From positions 800,001 through 864,000 of the forward strand of contig CAWGMQ010000008.1 of the NCBI GenBank assembly GCA_963823665.1: 64,000 bases of DNA, given 5' to 3'. Positions within the stretch are counted from its first letter, which is position 1, and the number at the start of each line of letters is the position of its first letter. The notes under the pieces are model-generated. The model did no database searches, was not told the origin of the DNA, and saw nothing but the letters and a program-made list of their open reading frames with translations. Source of the stretch: an uncultured Planctomycetota bacterium (lineage in GTDB: Bacteria; Planctomycetota; Planctomycetia; Isosphaerales; Isosphaeraceae). Position numbers and translations under genes: made by a program. This document shows positions 1-13,643 of this stretch, in pieces.

Positions 1-3000
1 TGGTGGAAACGACGTGTTCGAAGGCAATTTGATCGGCTTAAAGGCTGGGGGGCTTGCCGCGCTGCCGAACACGAGCGGTGGGATTGGCGCGGGGAGCGCT
101 GGAGACACCATCGGCGGCACGGCTGCCGGCGCGAGCAACGTTATTTCGGGGAACGGGGACACCGGCGTCTCGGTCTCCGGAGGCGTCGTTGTCGTGGGTA
201 ATCTGATCGGCACGGACTCAAGCGGCACCGTCGCGGTTGCCAACGCGCTGGGAATTGATGTCGCACAAGGGGAGAACACAATCGGCGGGACAATCTCCGC
301 CGCGCGCAATGTGATCAGCGGCAACACCGGTGATGGCATTCAGATCGACTTCTTTCCCGGATTTTCCATCAACACCCTGATCGAGGGAAACTACATCGGC
401 CTCGATTCCACGGGCACGCTCGCTCTGGGAAACGGCGGCGATGGGATCGACATCATCGCCCCACCGCTGTCCGGCGGCAGCGCCACGACCATCGGCGGAT
501 CGATCACCGGATCAGGCAACGTCATTTCCGCCAACGTCGGTGTTGGCATCTCGATCGCGACCAATAATAGCGGAAATCTGATCGAGGGGAATTTCATCGG
601 GACCGACCACACCGGTGCGACGTCGACCGATTCCGACGGTGATTCGCTCGGCAATCAGCAAGGGGGGATCCTGGACGTCGCAGCCAACGACACCATCGGC
701 GGACTGACCGCGGCGCGCGCAACGTCATCAGCGGAAACCCCATGTTCGGTGTTTCCCTCGGTGAAAGTATTTATTCGGCGGCGACCGATGCGAGCGTTAT
801 GGGTAACTACATTGGCACCGACGTCACCGGCACCGTTGCGCTGCCCAACGACCTGGGCGTGCAGCTTGCCGGCGGAGGCAACACGATCGGCGGCACGGCC
901 TCGGGCGCGGGGAATCTGATCTCCGGGAATGGCATCGGAATCAGCGACGCGGCACCCAGCGGTAACCTCATCGCAGGCAATTTCATCGGCACCGATGCCG
1001 GTGGCACCGCCGCTCTGGGAAACACGGTCGACGGCATCGACATCTCCGCGTCGGGCCAGACGATCGGCGGAACGGCTCCGGGGGCAGGAAACCTGATCTC
1101 GGGGAACGACGGTGAGGGCATTCAGATCGCCAGCCACCCCGCTGGCTTCGACTTTATCAGCCCCGCAGAAGACAATGTCATCCAGGGCAATCTGATCGGT
1201 ACCGACGTCACCGGCGACGTCGCGATTCCGAACTACGATGGCGTGGATGTGGTTGGCGGGTACGCCGGCAACACAATCGGCGGCAGCGTGTACGGTGCGG
1301 GCAACCTCATCTCAGGCAATACGAATGACGGCATACTGCTCCGGGGCTCTAACGCCAACACCATATCCGGCAATCGAATCGGCACCGATCGAACCGGCAC
1401 CATCGCTTTGGGCAATCAATCAGGCGGTATTCAGCTCGAAGACGCCACTCTCATGCAGCGTGGTGTATTTGGTGGTGTGCGGGTCTACGGATCAGACAAT
1501 AACACGATCGGCGGCACGACCGCGGCGGCGCGGAACATCATCTCGGGAAATCGAGGGAGCGGTGTTGAGATCGGTGAAGCCAGCCAAAACGTGGTGGCGG
1601 GGAACTGGATCGGAGTCGATGCCGCCGGCGCGAAAGCCCTGGCAAACGCGATCTTCGGCGTCTCCATTCAAGGAGCGTCCGCAGGGGAAGGCGGCACCGG
1701 CAGCGCCAGCAACAGCAGCAGCAGCTCCAGCGGCAGCGGCAACACATCAGGAAAAAGTAATATCATCGGCGGCACCGCCGCGGGCTCAGGCAACGTCATA
1801 TCGGGGAATGGTTCCGGCGGAATCTACATCTCCGGGGGGACCCTGGACGTCGTGGCGGGGAACTGGATCGGGACTGATGCCACCGGCACCGTCGCGCTGG
1901 CGAATGCCGGCGACGGCGTGGAACTCAACCAGACGTCGGGCAACACGATCGGCGGAACCGTGCCCCAAGCCGCAAATTTGATCTCGGGCAATACCAACGG
2001 CGTCGAGATCAACGACTCGAGCCAGAACTTTGTCCAGGGGAACATGATCGGCACCGACACGACTGGAACGCTGGCAATTGGTAACACCGGCGCCGGCGTG
2101 CTGGTCGACGCCGGTTCCGCGTCCAACACGATCGGCGGGCCGGTGGGCGGGGGCGCAACCTGATCTCGGGGAACGCGGAAGGCGTGATGATCGAGGATGG
2201 AGACCCGACCGGAACACTCGTGGCCGGGAACCTGATCGGCACCGACATCAAGGGCACCTCCAGCGTACCCAACCTGAGCGGCGGCATCATCATCACGGGC
2301 GGCTCGGGCACCACCATCGGCGGTGCAGGCACGCTGGGTCTCAACGTGATCTCGGGGAACAAGGGTGACGGCATCGACATCGACAGCGATGCGGCGAGCA
2401 CGCTCGTCGAGGGCAATTACATCGGCACGGACCAGACCGGAACCGAGCCGTTGCCCAACACGGGCGACGGGGTGTCGGTCGACGACGCCTCGGGCGTTAC
2501 CATCGGCGCCACAGTGCAGAGCGCGGGCAACGTGATCTCGGGCAACGCGCAATCGGGTGTATCGATCACCGGGACCACCACGACGGGGATCCTGATCCTG
2601 GGCAACCGCATCGGCACCGACTACACCGGCTCATTGCCCGTGGGGAACACGTCCTTCGGCGTGATGGTGAGCGGCACGCCCGGGGTCGTGATCGGGGGCA
2701 CAGCGCCCGGGTATCGGAACATCATCTCGGCCAACACCACCGGCGGCATCGGGCTGTACGCGGATACGACCGGTGCGCTCGTCGAGGGCAACTACATCGG
2801 CACCGACATCACCGCCTCGCAGCCGCTGGGCAACGGAAACGGCATCCAGATCGACGGGGGCTCGTCCGACAACACGATCGGCGGCACAGTCGCCGGCGCC
2901 GGCAACACGATCGCGTTCTCGACGGGCACCGGCGTGTATGTCGACTTCACGGCCGGGACCTGCAACGAAATCCGGCTCAACTCGATCTTTTCCAGCACCG

Positions 3001-6000
3001 GATTGGGGATCGCCCTGGGGAGCACCACTGTCACCCTCAACAACTCGGCCGGGCATGTCGGACCCAACGACTATCAGAATTTCCCCGTACTGACCATGGT
3101 CTCGAGTGCGGGTGGCTTGACGACCGTCACAGGCACGTTGAACAGCACGCCGGACACCACGTTCGAGCTCGATTTCTACACGCTCTCATCGATGAACATT
3201 TATGGCTATGGCGAGGGCCGGTACGTTCTGGGCTCGAAGCCGGTGACGACGGACGACACGGGCAACTTCAGCTTCAGCTTCAATTTCCCGACCCCCGCGG
3301 GCGGGGCCAAGTTCGTTGCGGCGACGGCCACCGACCCGAGCGGCAACACGTCTGAGTTTTCTCAGGCTTATGGTGTCGATACGCCGCCTACCGCCGTCAT
3401 CGGGTTCACCAGCATCACGGTCGACGCGGGAGCGTCGATCCCGTTCGATGCCCTGGGATCGACCAGCCCCAGCGGTCTTCCACTCACCTATTCCTGGTCG
3501 TTCGGCGATGGCGCGACCGCGTCGGGGCCGGAGCCGATGCACGCGTACGCCGCGCCGGGGCCAGAGACCGTGACCTTGACCGTCAATGACGGGTTCGGTG
3601 GAATCGACATCGCCACGGCCAAGGTCAATGTCGACGACGTCGCGCCGGTGTTCACTCCCAACAATTATACGCCGCCGCTGGCCTACACAACGCCCACACC
3701 CGGCGACGGATTTGGCGACTCCGTCGCCTCGAACTACGGCAATGTCGCGATCGGCGCCCCGCTAGAAAACGGCACGGGCGCGGTCTACCTGTACGACGGC
3801 GTGTCCACTGACGACGGGGTTTCCTCAACTTACATTTATGGCGCGCTCATCCACACGTTCACGGACCCTAACACCGAGCCCGGCGATGAGTTTGGTGCAT
3901 CGCTGGCGGTGGTCGGCAACGAGCTGGTGATCGGGGCCCCCGGCAGCTCGCTCTCCGGGCCCGGCGACGGCGTGGCGTACGTTTACGACGCCAATGTCGA
4001 AAGCACGACCTTCGGGAAGTTGCTGGCGACACTCGAGATTCCCAATCCCGACCTCATGAATGATGCGCATTTCGGCGCCGCGGTCGGCACGACCGACACG
4101 AATATTGTGATCGGCGCGCCCGGCAGGGATGGCGGCACGGGCGAGGCTTACGAGTTCGAAGGCGACACCACGCAGGCGAACTTCGGTGATCTTCTGGTGA
4201 AGTTCATCAACCCCGACGGACAGGCCGGCTCGGGATTCGGTGCGGCGGTCGCGGGTATCGGGGACAACGTGATTGTCGGTGCACCATCCGACAGCACGGC
4301 GGGTGCGGGCACGGGGACCGTCTATCTGTTCGACGGCACGAGCGGAGCGGAGTCCGTGGCGATCCTCAATCCGCACCCGGCCGACTCGACGGGGTTCGGC
4401 TCGGCGGTTGCGTCGGTCGGATCAAATATCCTGGTCGGGTCGCCGGATGACAACACCGCCGGGCCCGGCGCGGGTGCGGCATTCCTGTTCCTTCCGACGG
4501 GCCTGTTGCGCACGACGTTCGTTCAGCCCGATGGCGGCGGCGGTGGCTTCGGCACCTCAGTCGCGGGGACGCAGAACACGGCGCTGATCGGCGCACCCGG
4601 TGCCCACCTGGCGACGAGCGACGCCGGGGCCGCCTACCTCTTTGATGCCGATCCGGCGAGCCCGACCTTCAGCCGGGCGATCGGCGCTGTGCAAGAGGCA
4701 ACACCCACCACGGGCGACGCCTTTGGCACCGCGGTCGGATTCGACACCGGCGCCCTGATCGTGGCGCGGCCGGGGCGATCGGTTCGGGAATCACGGGGGC
4801 CGAGGCCGTCGATCTTTATCAGCAAGGTGCGACGCTCTCTCTTTCCTCGGCCCTGACCTACGCCACCCCCGCGCCATACGACTCGGTGATCGTGAGCGGC
4901 ACGTACCTGGACGCCAACACCTCGGCGACGCTCAAGGCGACGATCGACTGGGGCGATGGGTCGGCCTCGACGGTTGTGATGCTTCCACCAGGGTCTTACG
5001 CTTTCTCCGCTCCGCACGACTACCTGGCTGACCCGGCCGGCGGCTACTACAGCATTGGCGTGACCCTGACCGACCAGGGTGGCGAGACGACCGTCGCAGA
5101 AACGACCGTCACCGTCAGCAGCCCGGAGCCGCACTTCGCGTCGCCCGGCCTGGTGCTATCGTCGTCGAGCATCGTCGAAGGGGGCACGGCCCAACTGAGC
5201 GGGAAAATCACGAGCCCCGGCGGCAGCGACGGCAACACGATCGCGATCAACTGGGGCGACGGCACCGGTCCCACCACGATCTCACTCGCTCCGGGCATCG
5301 ACACGTTCTCGACAACCCATGCGTATCCGGCGAACCCGATTGGGGTCGAATCTGCGAATTACACGATCAACGCTTCGGTGACCGACCAGTCGACGGAGAA
5401 GGCAGGATACGAGTCGGCGACAGTCACCGTGAACAAGGTGGCCGCGCAGTTCACCACGGCCGACCTGAGCTTGTCGACGACGACCGCCAACGAGGGAGAC
5501 ACGATCACACTCAGCGGCCAGTTCACCGACCCGGACGCGGTCAGCTCGTACACGGCGACGATCAACTGGGGCGATGGGGCTACTCCGATCACTCTCAAGG
5601 AGTCGCTGGGGCAGATCGTCGCGTCCTTGATCACGCCGGGGCTCTACACGTACTCGGCCACTAATCAGTATCTCGATAACCCGCCCGGCGAACTGACCGG
5701 GGGCAGCTACCCGATCAGTGTATCCGTCTCCGACGGCGTGAACACCACTTCGGCCGCCACGTCGATCATCGTGAATAACGTTCCGCCGACGGTGGTGATC
5801 GCCAGCGACGTCGATCTGACGAACGGCACGATCACGACGACGGCCAACGTGACCGACCCGGGCTTTCTCCAGATCGAGTCGGTCGCGTGGACGCTGACCC
5901 AGAATGGGATCGTGATCGGGACGGACTCGATCACCGGCACGACATACACATTCCCGATCCTCAACCCACTGGGGGTGCTGGTTGCGAGCGCAACTGTAAC

Positions 6001-9000
6001 CGACAGCGACGGCGGCATCGGCTACGGCAGTGCGCAGATGATTGTCATCTATCAGACCGGCGCCTCGGTCGTGATCAACTCGTCCGCGATCACCGTCTCG
6101 ATGGGCGCAACCCAGGTCGCGACGACCTTGCTCTCGGGCGCCGGACAGGTGGTCGCGCTCGTCACCGGGTCGAACGTGGCGGTCAATGCCATGGCCGCGA
6201 CGAACTCGGTCGAGCTCATCGGCTACGGCTCGGATGAGACCCTCCTGGGAGGATCGGGTGATGACCTGCTCATCGCCGGACCGGGGGCCAACAGCCTGGT
6301 CGGCGGCACCGGTGACGACACGCTGGTCTCCAACCAGGGCGACGATACGCTAGTGGGCGGCGGGGGGAACGATGTTTTCCGGATCAATCCCGGACAGGAC
6401 CCGCTGGTGGTCGCTCCCGGCGGGTTCAACACGCTCGACTTCTCGATCGCCACCGTGCCCGTCAGCATCAACCTCGGCATGGAATCGGGCCAGCAGCAGA
6501 CCGTCAACTCGGATAATGACGAAGTTGCCCTCATAGGCCAGTTCAACGCGGTCATCGGCTCGCCGTACGGCGGCAACATCACGGCCAATAGCGGCAACGA
6601 CCTGCTTTATACGACCACCGGGAACTCGACCATCAACGCCGGATCCGGCAGCGATTCGATCGTCGGCGGGTCGGGCAACGACATCATCTACACCACCACT
6701 GGAAACGCCACCATCACCGGAGGATCGGGCAGTGACTCGATCAGCGGCGGGTCGGGCAACGACATCATCTACACCACCACCGGAAACGCCACGATCACCG
6801 GCGGCTCCGGCAGCGACTCGATCTTCGGCGGACAGGGCAATGACATCATCTACACCACCACCGGAAACACCACGATCACCGGCGGCTCCGGCAGCGACTC
6901 GATCTTCGGCGGACAGGGCAATGACATCATCTACACCACCACCGGAAACGCCACGATCACCGGCGGCTCCGGCAGCGACTCGATCTTCGGCGGACAGGGC
7001 AATGACATCATCTACACCACCACCGGAAACACCACGATCACCGGCGGCTCCGGCAACGACTCGATCTTCGGCGGACAGGGCAATGACATCATCTACACCA
7101 CCACCGGAAACACCACGATCACCGGCGGCTCCGGCAACGACTCGATCTTCGGCGGACAGGGCAATGACATCATCTACACCACCACCGGCAACACGACGAT
7201 CACCAGCGGCTCCGGCAATGACTCGATCTTCGGCGGACAGGGCAACGACATCATTTACACTACCACCGGAAACACCACCATCACGGGTGGCTCCGGCAGT
7301 GATTCAATCGTGGGCGGATCGGGCAACGACATCATCTACTTGACCACGGGCAATGCGACGGTGAGCGCCGGGTCCGGCAACGATTCGATCACCGGCGGGC
7401 AAGGCAACGACATCATCTATCTCACGACCGGCAATTCAACCGTCACCGGCGGATCGGGGAACGAGACAATCCTCGGCGGGCAAGGCAACGACATCATCTA
7501 TGCCTATGCCGCCACCGCGCTCATCGTGGGCGGCTCTGGTGACAGCACGATCACCGGCGGCCAGGGCAACGACATCATCGTCGGCGGCTCGGGCAACGAT
7601 TCGATCACGGGCGGGTCGGGCGACGACCAGATCGTGGGCGGATTCGGCAACGACACGATCACGGGTGGGTCGGGCGACGAGACCATCACTGGCGGATCGG
7701 GCAACGACATCATCTTCGGCGGCACCGGCAACGACTTGATCGTGGGCGGCACGGGCAACGACTCGATCGCCGGCGGCAGCGGCAGCGACTCGATCACGGG
7801 CGGATCGGGCAACGACATCATCTGGGGCGGCACGCTTTCGAGTACTGTCAACTCGAGCGGCGCGGCGACCATCGTTTTCACCGGCACGACTGGCAACGAT
7901 TCGATCACCGGCGGCTCGGGCGATGATACGATCTTCGGCGGCAATGGCAGCGACATCATCTACGGCGGACTCGGCGACGACACGATTGTGGGCGGGCAGG
8001 GCGCTGACTCGATTCTGGGCGGCTCGGGCGACGACATCATTTACGGCGGCACCCAGTCGAGCACCTTGAGCGGCGGCAGCGGCAACGACTCGATCTTCGG
8101 GGGCAACGGCAACGACATCATCTACGGCGGCACCGGCGATTCCACGATCGTCGGCGGTACCGGCAACGACTCGATCACGGGCGGCCCGGGCGACGATGTG
8201 ATCTACGGTGGGCCTGGCGACAACACGATCTCCGGGGGCGGCGGCAACGTCACAATCGTGGGCGGCGTGGGCTACGACACGAACCTGGGCGGCGGGACAA
8301 CCGATTCGGTCTTCTCGAGCAATGGCAACGACGTGCTCGAGGGGGGCGGCTTCGATTCGTGGCTGATGGATTTTGGCTCGCAGAACTTGACGGTCACCGA
8401 CTCGAGCCTCACGACCACGGGCGGCGGCTTGCCCTCGTCAGTCTCGACGTTCAGCGGCTTCCAGAACGTGCTGCTCGCGGCGGGCACGGGGAACTTCACG
8501 CTCGACGCCTCGGGCTTCTCGGGCGGTTCCTTCCTTCAGGGTGGAACCGGCAACGACACGTTGATCGGCGCTCGCGGCGCGGACACTCTGGTCGGCGGCA
8601 CGGGCAACGACTCACTCGTCGGCGGCGGCGCCAATGACACCTTCGCCTTCAACAGTGACTCGAGCGGGGGCCAGACAATCGACGAGCCCCAAGACGGTGG
8701 CGTTGCGGGGCTCGATTTCTCTCAGGCCCCCGCAGGGATCTCGATCAATCTCAGCGAATCCGGGCCCCAGGCCGTGATGCCGGCCACGCTGGGCGACGGC
8801 GCGCTTAACCTGACCCTGGCCGACCCGCTTGGCATCGACAACGTGGTCGGTAGCTCATACGACGACACGATTCTCGGCAATGCCAACGACAACACCTTGA
8901 TCGGTGGCGGCGGCCAGGACCTGATCGCGGGCCTGGCCGGTGACGACGTCATCGAGGGGTCGGTCACCCGGACAGTCTATCTCGACTTCGACACCTACGA

Positions 9001-12000
9001 GCTGCCGGGCCAGCACTACTACACCGATGACGAGCGCGAGGCGATCCAGAAGCAGATCGAGACCGACTATTCCGCGTTCTCTTATGTCTTTACCCAGACA
9101 CAGCCGCAGTCGGGGCTGTATACCACGATCTATTTCAACGATCCGACGCTCGTCGGCCTCGAGGGGGGAATCGCGACCGAGATCGACTGGCGCGACCTGG
9201 ACATCTCCGGTACGACGAGCCTCACCGCCGCCGGCCTGGACGTCATTCCGCCCGATACCGGCGGGGTCAACGTCAATAACTTCCTGGGCGGTCCCGGCCA
9301 GCCCGCCGCCTCGAGCGCCGACTTCATCGGCCTGTCGGCCACGATCGCCGCCCACGAGCTGGGGCATCTCTCCGGCCTGGAGCACGCCGACGCGTTCGGA
9401 CCGATCGGCTCGGGGATTTACTCCGGGGTCAAGCCCGGCCTTTACAATCCCAGCTATCCCGGGGCGATCGATGCCAGCGAGACGATCTGGCACATCATGG
9501 CCTCTGGCGCGTCGGTGAACTCGACACTCGAGGATGCGATCAACGACCCGTTCTTCGGCGAGCGGGAGTCGATCGCGCTTGCCTTCGGCGCGAGCGGCTC
9601 ACCGACCAACGAGCAGATCGCTCCACACGATTCGATGGGCGATGCTCAGCCAATCGTGCTTGCGCCGCTGGTCGTGCCCGACACCGACCTCGAGGGCGTG
9701 GATGCCGACAAGTCGTTCGACGTCACCGCCGCCGACGTGGTTGGCTACCTCGGGGAGACAGACGGAGCATCGAACACCGACTTTTATTCGTTCAATGCCC
9801 CGGCGGGCACGCTGATCAACTTTCAGCTCATGTCGGCGCTCTTGACACGGACCGTGGCCCCTGCCGGCACCACCCCGAATGCCTACAACCAGGGGCCGTT
9901 CGACACCTATCTGGCCATTTACAATTCCAGCGGCCAGGTGATCGAGTACAACGACGACTCGTTCCAGGATACCGATTCCTCGATCATCGACCTGACCCTG
10001 CCGTACACGGGCACCTATTACGCGATGGTGACCTCTTCGCCGAATTCGGTATCCCTGAACGAGCCGCTGACCGGAGACTACGAGCTCTTCATGTACACCT
10101 TCGCGACCACTGGCGACCCGCCCGCCGGCGACACGTTGTACGGCGGCCCCGGCGACGACACGATCGTCGGCGGCTCGGCCGACGACACGATCGCCGCCCA
10201 GCCGCAGGACACGATCGTCTACGGCTCGGGCACGGCGACCGTGCTCGGCGCTGCCCCGTACCTCGACGTCTCCGCCGGATCGAATCAGACGGTGAACGAG
10301 GGCCAGTGCGTCACCTTGACCGGCTCGTTCCTCGACCCATTCGAGAACCCCACGCACATCTACGACTGGCACGTCGTCGCGTCGAGCGGCCAGATGATCG
10401 CCGATGGAAACGGCCCGACCTTCACCTTCACCCCCGGCAACGCCGGCACCTACACCGTCACCTACACGGCGTCTGATCCAAACGGCGGCATGGGCACGAC
10501 CCAGGTGGTGATCACCTCTCTGGCCGTCCCGCCGGTGATCACCCCCCCCACAACCGCCGAGACTGCCCTGGCGGGAGTGAACAACTCGATCGGCCTCGGA
10601 ACGCTGACCGTCAAGGGCGATGGTCCGTGGACCGACACGATCAAGTGGGGCGACGGCCAGTGCTCGACGTACGACCCCGCCGGCTCAGGGCCGCTGTCGC
10701 TGGCACACAAGTACGCCGCGCCGGGAACCTACACAATCTGCGAGACCGTCTCCGAGTACGACGGCGACTCCACGACCAGCACGTTTTCGATCAAGGTCGT
10801 ACAAGCCACGACCACCACGATGTTGTCGTCCGCGGCGCCCTCCGCCGTTTACGGCCAGAACGTCACATTCACGGCCACGGTCAGCGGTCCGGGCGTCGCT
10901 ACCGGCTCGGTGGCATTCTACTCCGGGCCGGTCGACCTTGCCGATCAGATCGGAATCGGCACGCTCAGCGTCGTGGGCGGCTCCGACGTGGCGACGTTCA
11001 GCACGCATTCGCTGGCGGTAAGCCGCAATCCGTATGCGATCACCGCAGTTTACGGCGGAGATACCGACGATGTGGGCAGCCCGTCGAATGTCGTGAGTGA
11101 AACGATCAGTCCCGACGGAACGACCACACAGCCTGGCTCGTCCGCGGGCTCGTCGAATTTCGGCCAGGCCATCACGCTCTCGGCCAGCGTCGCACCCAAG
11201 GCGCCCGGTGCGGGCACGCCCACCGGATCGGTCGACTTTTACGACACGACGACCGCCACCGACCTCGGCTCGGTGCCCCTCACCGCCGGCTCGGCGTCCA
11301 CGACAATCTCGACGCTGCCGGTCGGAACCCAGACCATCACGGAGACGTATTCCGGAGACTCGAATTTCACCACCAGCAATGGTGCGGTCTCGCAGACAGT
11401 GATCCTTTCCATCTACGCCCTCAACGCCTCCACGGTCAGTCCCACGATCACGGGCCCGGTGTATCTTTCCGGCAGCTCGAGCATCAACATCCCAGGGCAA
11501 CTGATCGTCGACTCGCCAGCGAAGCCCGCGGTCACCCTGACCGGAACATCCAGGATCATCGCTTCGAACGGAGTGGAGGTCGCCGGCACCGTTTCGGTAG
11601 CCAGCACGGCCAGCATCGGCCCCGATCTCACAACGGGAATCACGGCTGTCGCCGATCCGCTCACGGGACTCGCGCTCCCGAACCTCACCGGATCCGCGGT
11701 ATCGATCAACGTCACGTCCGGCTCAACGATCATCAGCCCCGGCATCTACAGCCAGATCAAAGTCTCGGGCACGAAATCGAGCCTCGTGCTGAACCCCGGT
11801 GTCTACGTCATCACCGGCGGTGGTCTCTCCGTCACCGGCTCGGCGAGCATCACCGGTTCGGGCGTGATGATCTACAACGCCGGCAGTACCTACCCGGCCT
11901 CGGGCGGTACCTACGGCGGCATCACCTTGAGCACGACGGGCAGTGTCAACCTCTCCGCTCCGACGACTGGCGCCGGCGCGGGGTACCTTTTCTTCCAGTC

Positions 12001-12552
12001 ACGCACCAATCCGACGGCGATCTCGATCACCGAGAGCTCGTCGATGACTCTGACAGGGGTCATCTACGCATCGGACGCCCTCATTTCCGCGAGCGGCACG
12101 AGCGCGGCGCGCTGAATGACGCGATGGTCGTCAACCGTATTCAGTTGAGTGGCAGCGCGACCGCGGGCGCACCGGCCGGCATGGCCGTTCAAAGCGTCTC
12201 CGTCGACGTCGCCGCGTCAACGAGCGCGCCGGTTGCTGGGCGGTCTGCCGCTCCCACAGTCTCCGAAGCCGGCACGTTGCCGGACCCGGTGCTCGACGAA
12301 CTGGTTGCTGCTCTCTTGTCCTCGCGAAACGAAGACGTGTCCCACACCGACGCTCTTGGGAGCGGCCAGTCCAGCAAGGTGGCGATCGCGCGGGCCGGTG
12401 ATGGCAGAGTGCGTTCAGCAAATTCCGGCCAGACGTCGATTCCGGGCGGGCCGCTGGCTCGGTTGGAACGGCCCCGGCAGACGAGCAAGAATGTAACGCG
12501 TCTGACGGATTCGCTCGCGATCGTGGCACGCTCGAACACGGACCGAGCATAA
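1..12552 (+). CDS. Giant secreted/surface repeat protein, 5' end outside the window: parallel beta-helix, PKD, FG-GAP, RTX-like Ca-binding repeats, metzincin zinc-peptidase motif, PPC-like and Ig-like domains. Rejoined across 4 apparent indels.
   Basis: ORFs 14-919, 742-2163, 2184-4856, 4886-12115 and 12124-12552 continue one another's repeat pattern across single-base shifts near 712, 2153, 4763 and 12108. Motifs: 'NTIGGTAAGAGNVISGN...GNLIGTD' repeats, 'YSWSFGDG' and 'IDWGDG' (PKD), 'FGAAVA...VIVGAP' (FG-GAP), GGxGxD nonapeptides, HELGHLSGLEH. Confidence 0.85.
6593..7483 (+). repeat. Coding tandem repeat, 11 x 81 bp (27-aa unit GNDIIYTTTGN[AT]TITGGSG[SN]DSIFGGQ)
   Basis: Period of 81 nt read directly (tgacatcatctacaccacc at 6841 and 6922). 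Central copies are nearly identical at DNA level; outer copies are degenerate. Confidence 0.95.
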
Positions 12553-12558
12553 TGGCGA

Positions 12559-12587
12559 CGGGTGGTTCAGGACTCAGAGCCCACCCG
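12559..12587. terminator. Hairpin between convergent genes, possible terminator
   Basis: cgggtgg (12559-65) and ccacccg (12581-87) form an inverted repeat just after the giant gene's stop. No strong U-tract. Confidence 0.35.
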
Positions 12588-12685
12588 AGGATTTCGCCAT
12601 GCACGTGGCAACGAGGCTCCTCCGGAGCGCCGCCCTGTTCGGCGGGTTGCTGCTCGGCCGCTCATTCGTTTGATTAGTGCCGGGA

Positions 12686-13084
12686 TCAATCAGCCACCGT
12701 TGACGCATATACGACAAGAAAGCAACAGTTCTTTTCGTCACGGCCAGTGCCGACAATCGGAAAATCGATGTGAACGGTTTCGCCGCCGTCCAGCACAATG
12801 GGCGTTTCGCAGCAGTCCACCGTGAACTCGCTCACGGATGACATCAATCGGGCGAGTTCTTCCTCCAGTCTTGCGAGCGAAAGCGGCAGGCCGTCGGAAT
12901 CTGTGATCAGCAGGATCTCTTCTGCTGTCTCCTCCACCTGCACCGATGTTACTGGCTGCCGGACGCCCTCAACTTCGTGCCACTGGCCTGCCGGGTTCCG
13001 CTTGAAGGACGCAAATAGGACCGGCCACTCTTCAGCGCCCTTGCTGTCCTCCAGAATCATTTCCACCAGGCGTTTGAGCTTCAT
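12686..13084 (-). CDS. Hypothetical protein (132 aa), visibly lower GC than flanks
   Basis: ATG start preceded by 'agga'; protein-like composition; no family recognised. Confidence 0.65.
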   Translation of the reverse strand: MKLKRLVEMILEDSKGAEEWPVLFASFKRNPAGQWHEVEGVRQPVTSVQVEETAEEILLITDSDGLPLSLARLEEELARLMSSVSEFTVDCCETPIVLDGGETVHIDFPIVGTGRDEKNCCFLVVYASTVAD

Positions 13085-13329
13085 GGCAGTCCTACCGCTA
13101 AACGCTCACCGAAAGCTGAGGCGAAAAACGGATTTACACGATTCTGTCGCTTTCAATCATTTGTCGTCAATCGATGATAATCGGACGCGACCACCTCATG
13201 GCGACTCAACCAGCAGATACAGCCCAGGTCTGCCCGCCTGCTGGTGCGTCTGGTCGATTGGAACAGGCGGCCGCATGTCCGTCTCGGAAGTCAGAGGCTA
13301 CGACTTGGCGGATTCTAAACAGGCGGGCT

Positions 13330-13530
13330 CGGCCAAATGAGCCTCGCCCGCTCATCATGGAGTTCTTCTGAAAGCGTTTCTCGGAGACGATGCCCCGCTC
13401 GTCGAGCAGGAACTCGCCCGGATACGGCACGCCCCAGAAGCGGTCCTCCCGGCTCGTGATGCCGAAGGCGGCGTGATGCTCGTACACCTGCTCGTCGAGC
13501 ATCCCCAACTCGCGGATGACTTTGCTGCCC
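13330..13530 (-). pseudogene. Fragment resembling a peroxiredoxin/redoxin-like protein
   Basis: 'FWGVPYPGEFLLDERGIVSEKRF' resembles the C-terminal strand of AhpC/TSA-type redoxins. No intact N-terminus. Confidence 0.35.
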
Positions 13531-13643
13531 TCGTCTCAACCCCAGCAGAACAGCCTTGGCGTCAGCTCGATCTCAGGAATGCGACGACCAAATTACCTGC
13601 CCGGTGTTCTAGCCCAAGTTTCCTATCCATCCTTTCCATTTCT

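Noticed and set aside
1699..1745. (AGC)n Ser-rich tract as a contingency locus
   Set aside because: Short, imperfect and in frame; reads as a flexible linker.
6593..7483. Regular DNA repeats suggesting a CRISPR array
   Set aside because: Head-to-tail 81-bp units with no unique spacers, in frame within a protein, and no cas genes.
700..12120. Programmed ribosomal frameshifting in the giant gene
   Set aside because: No slippery heptamers or consistent stimulatory structures at the shifts; similar indels occur throughout unrelated genes.
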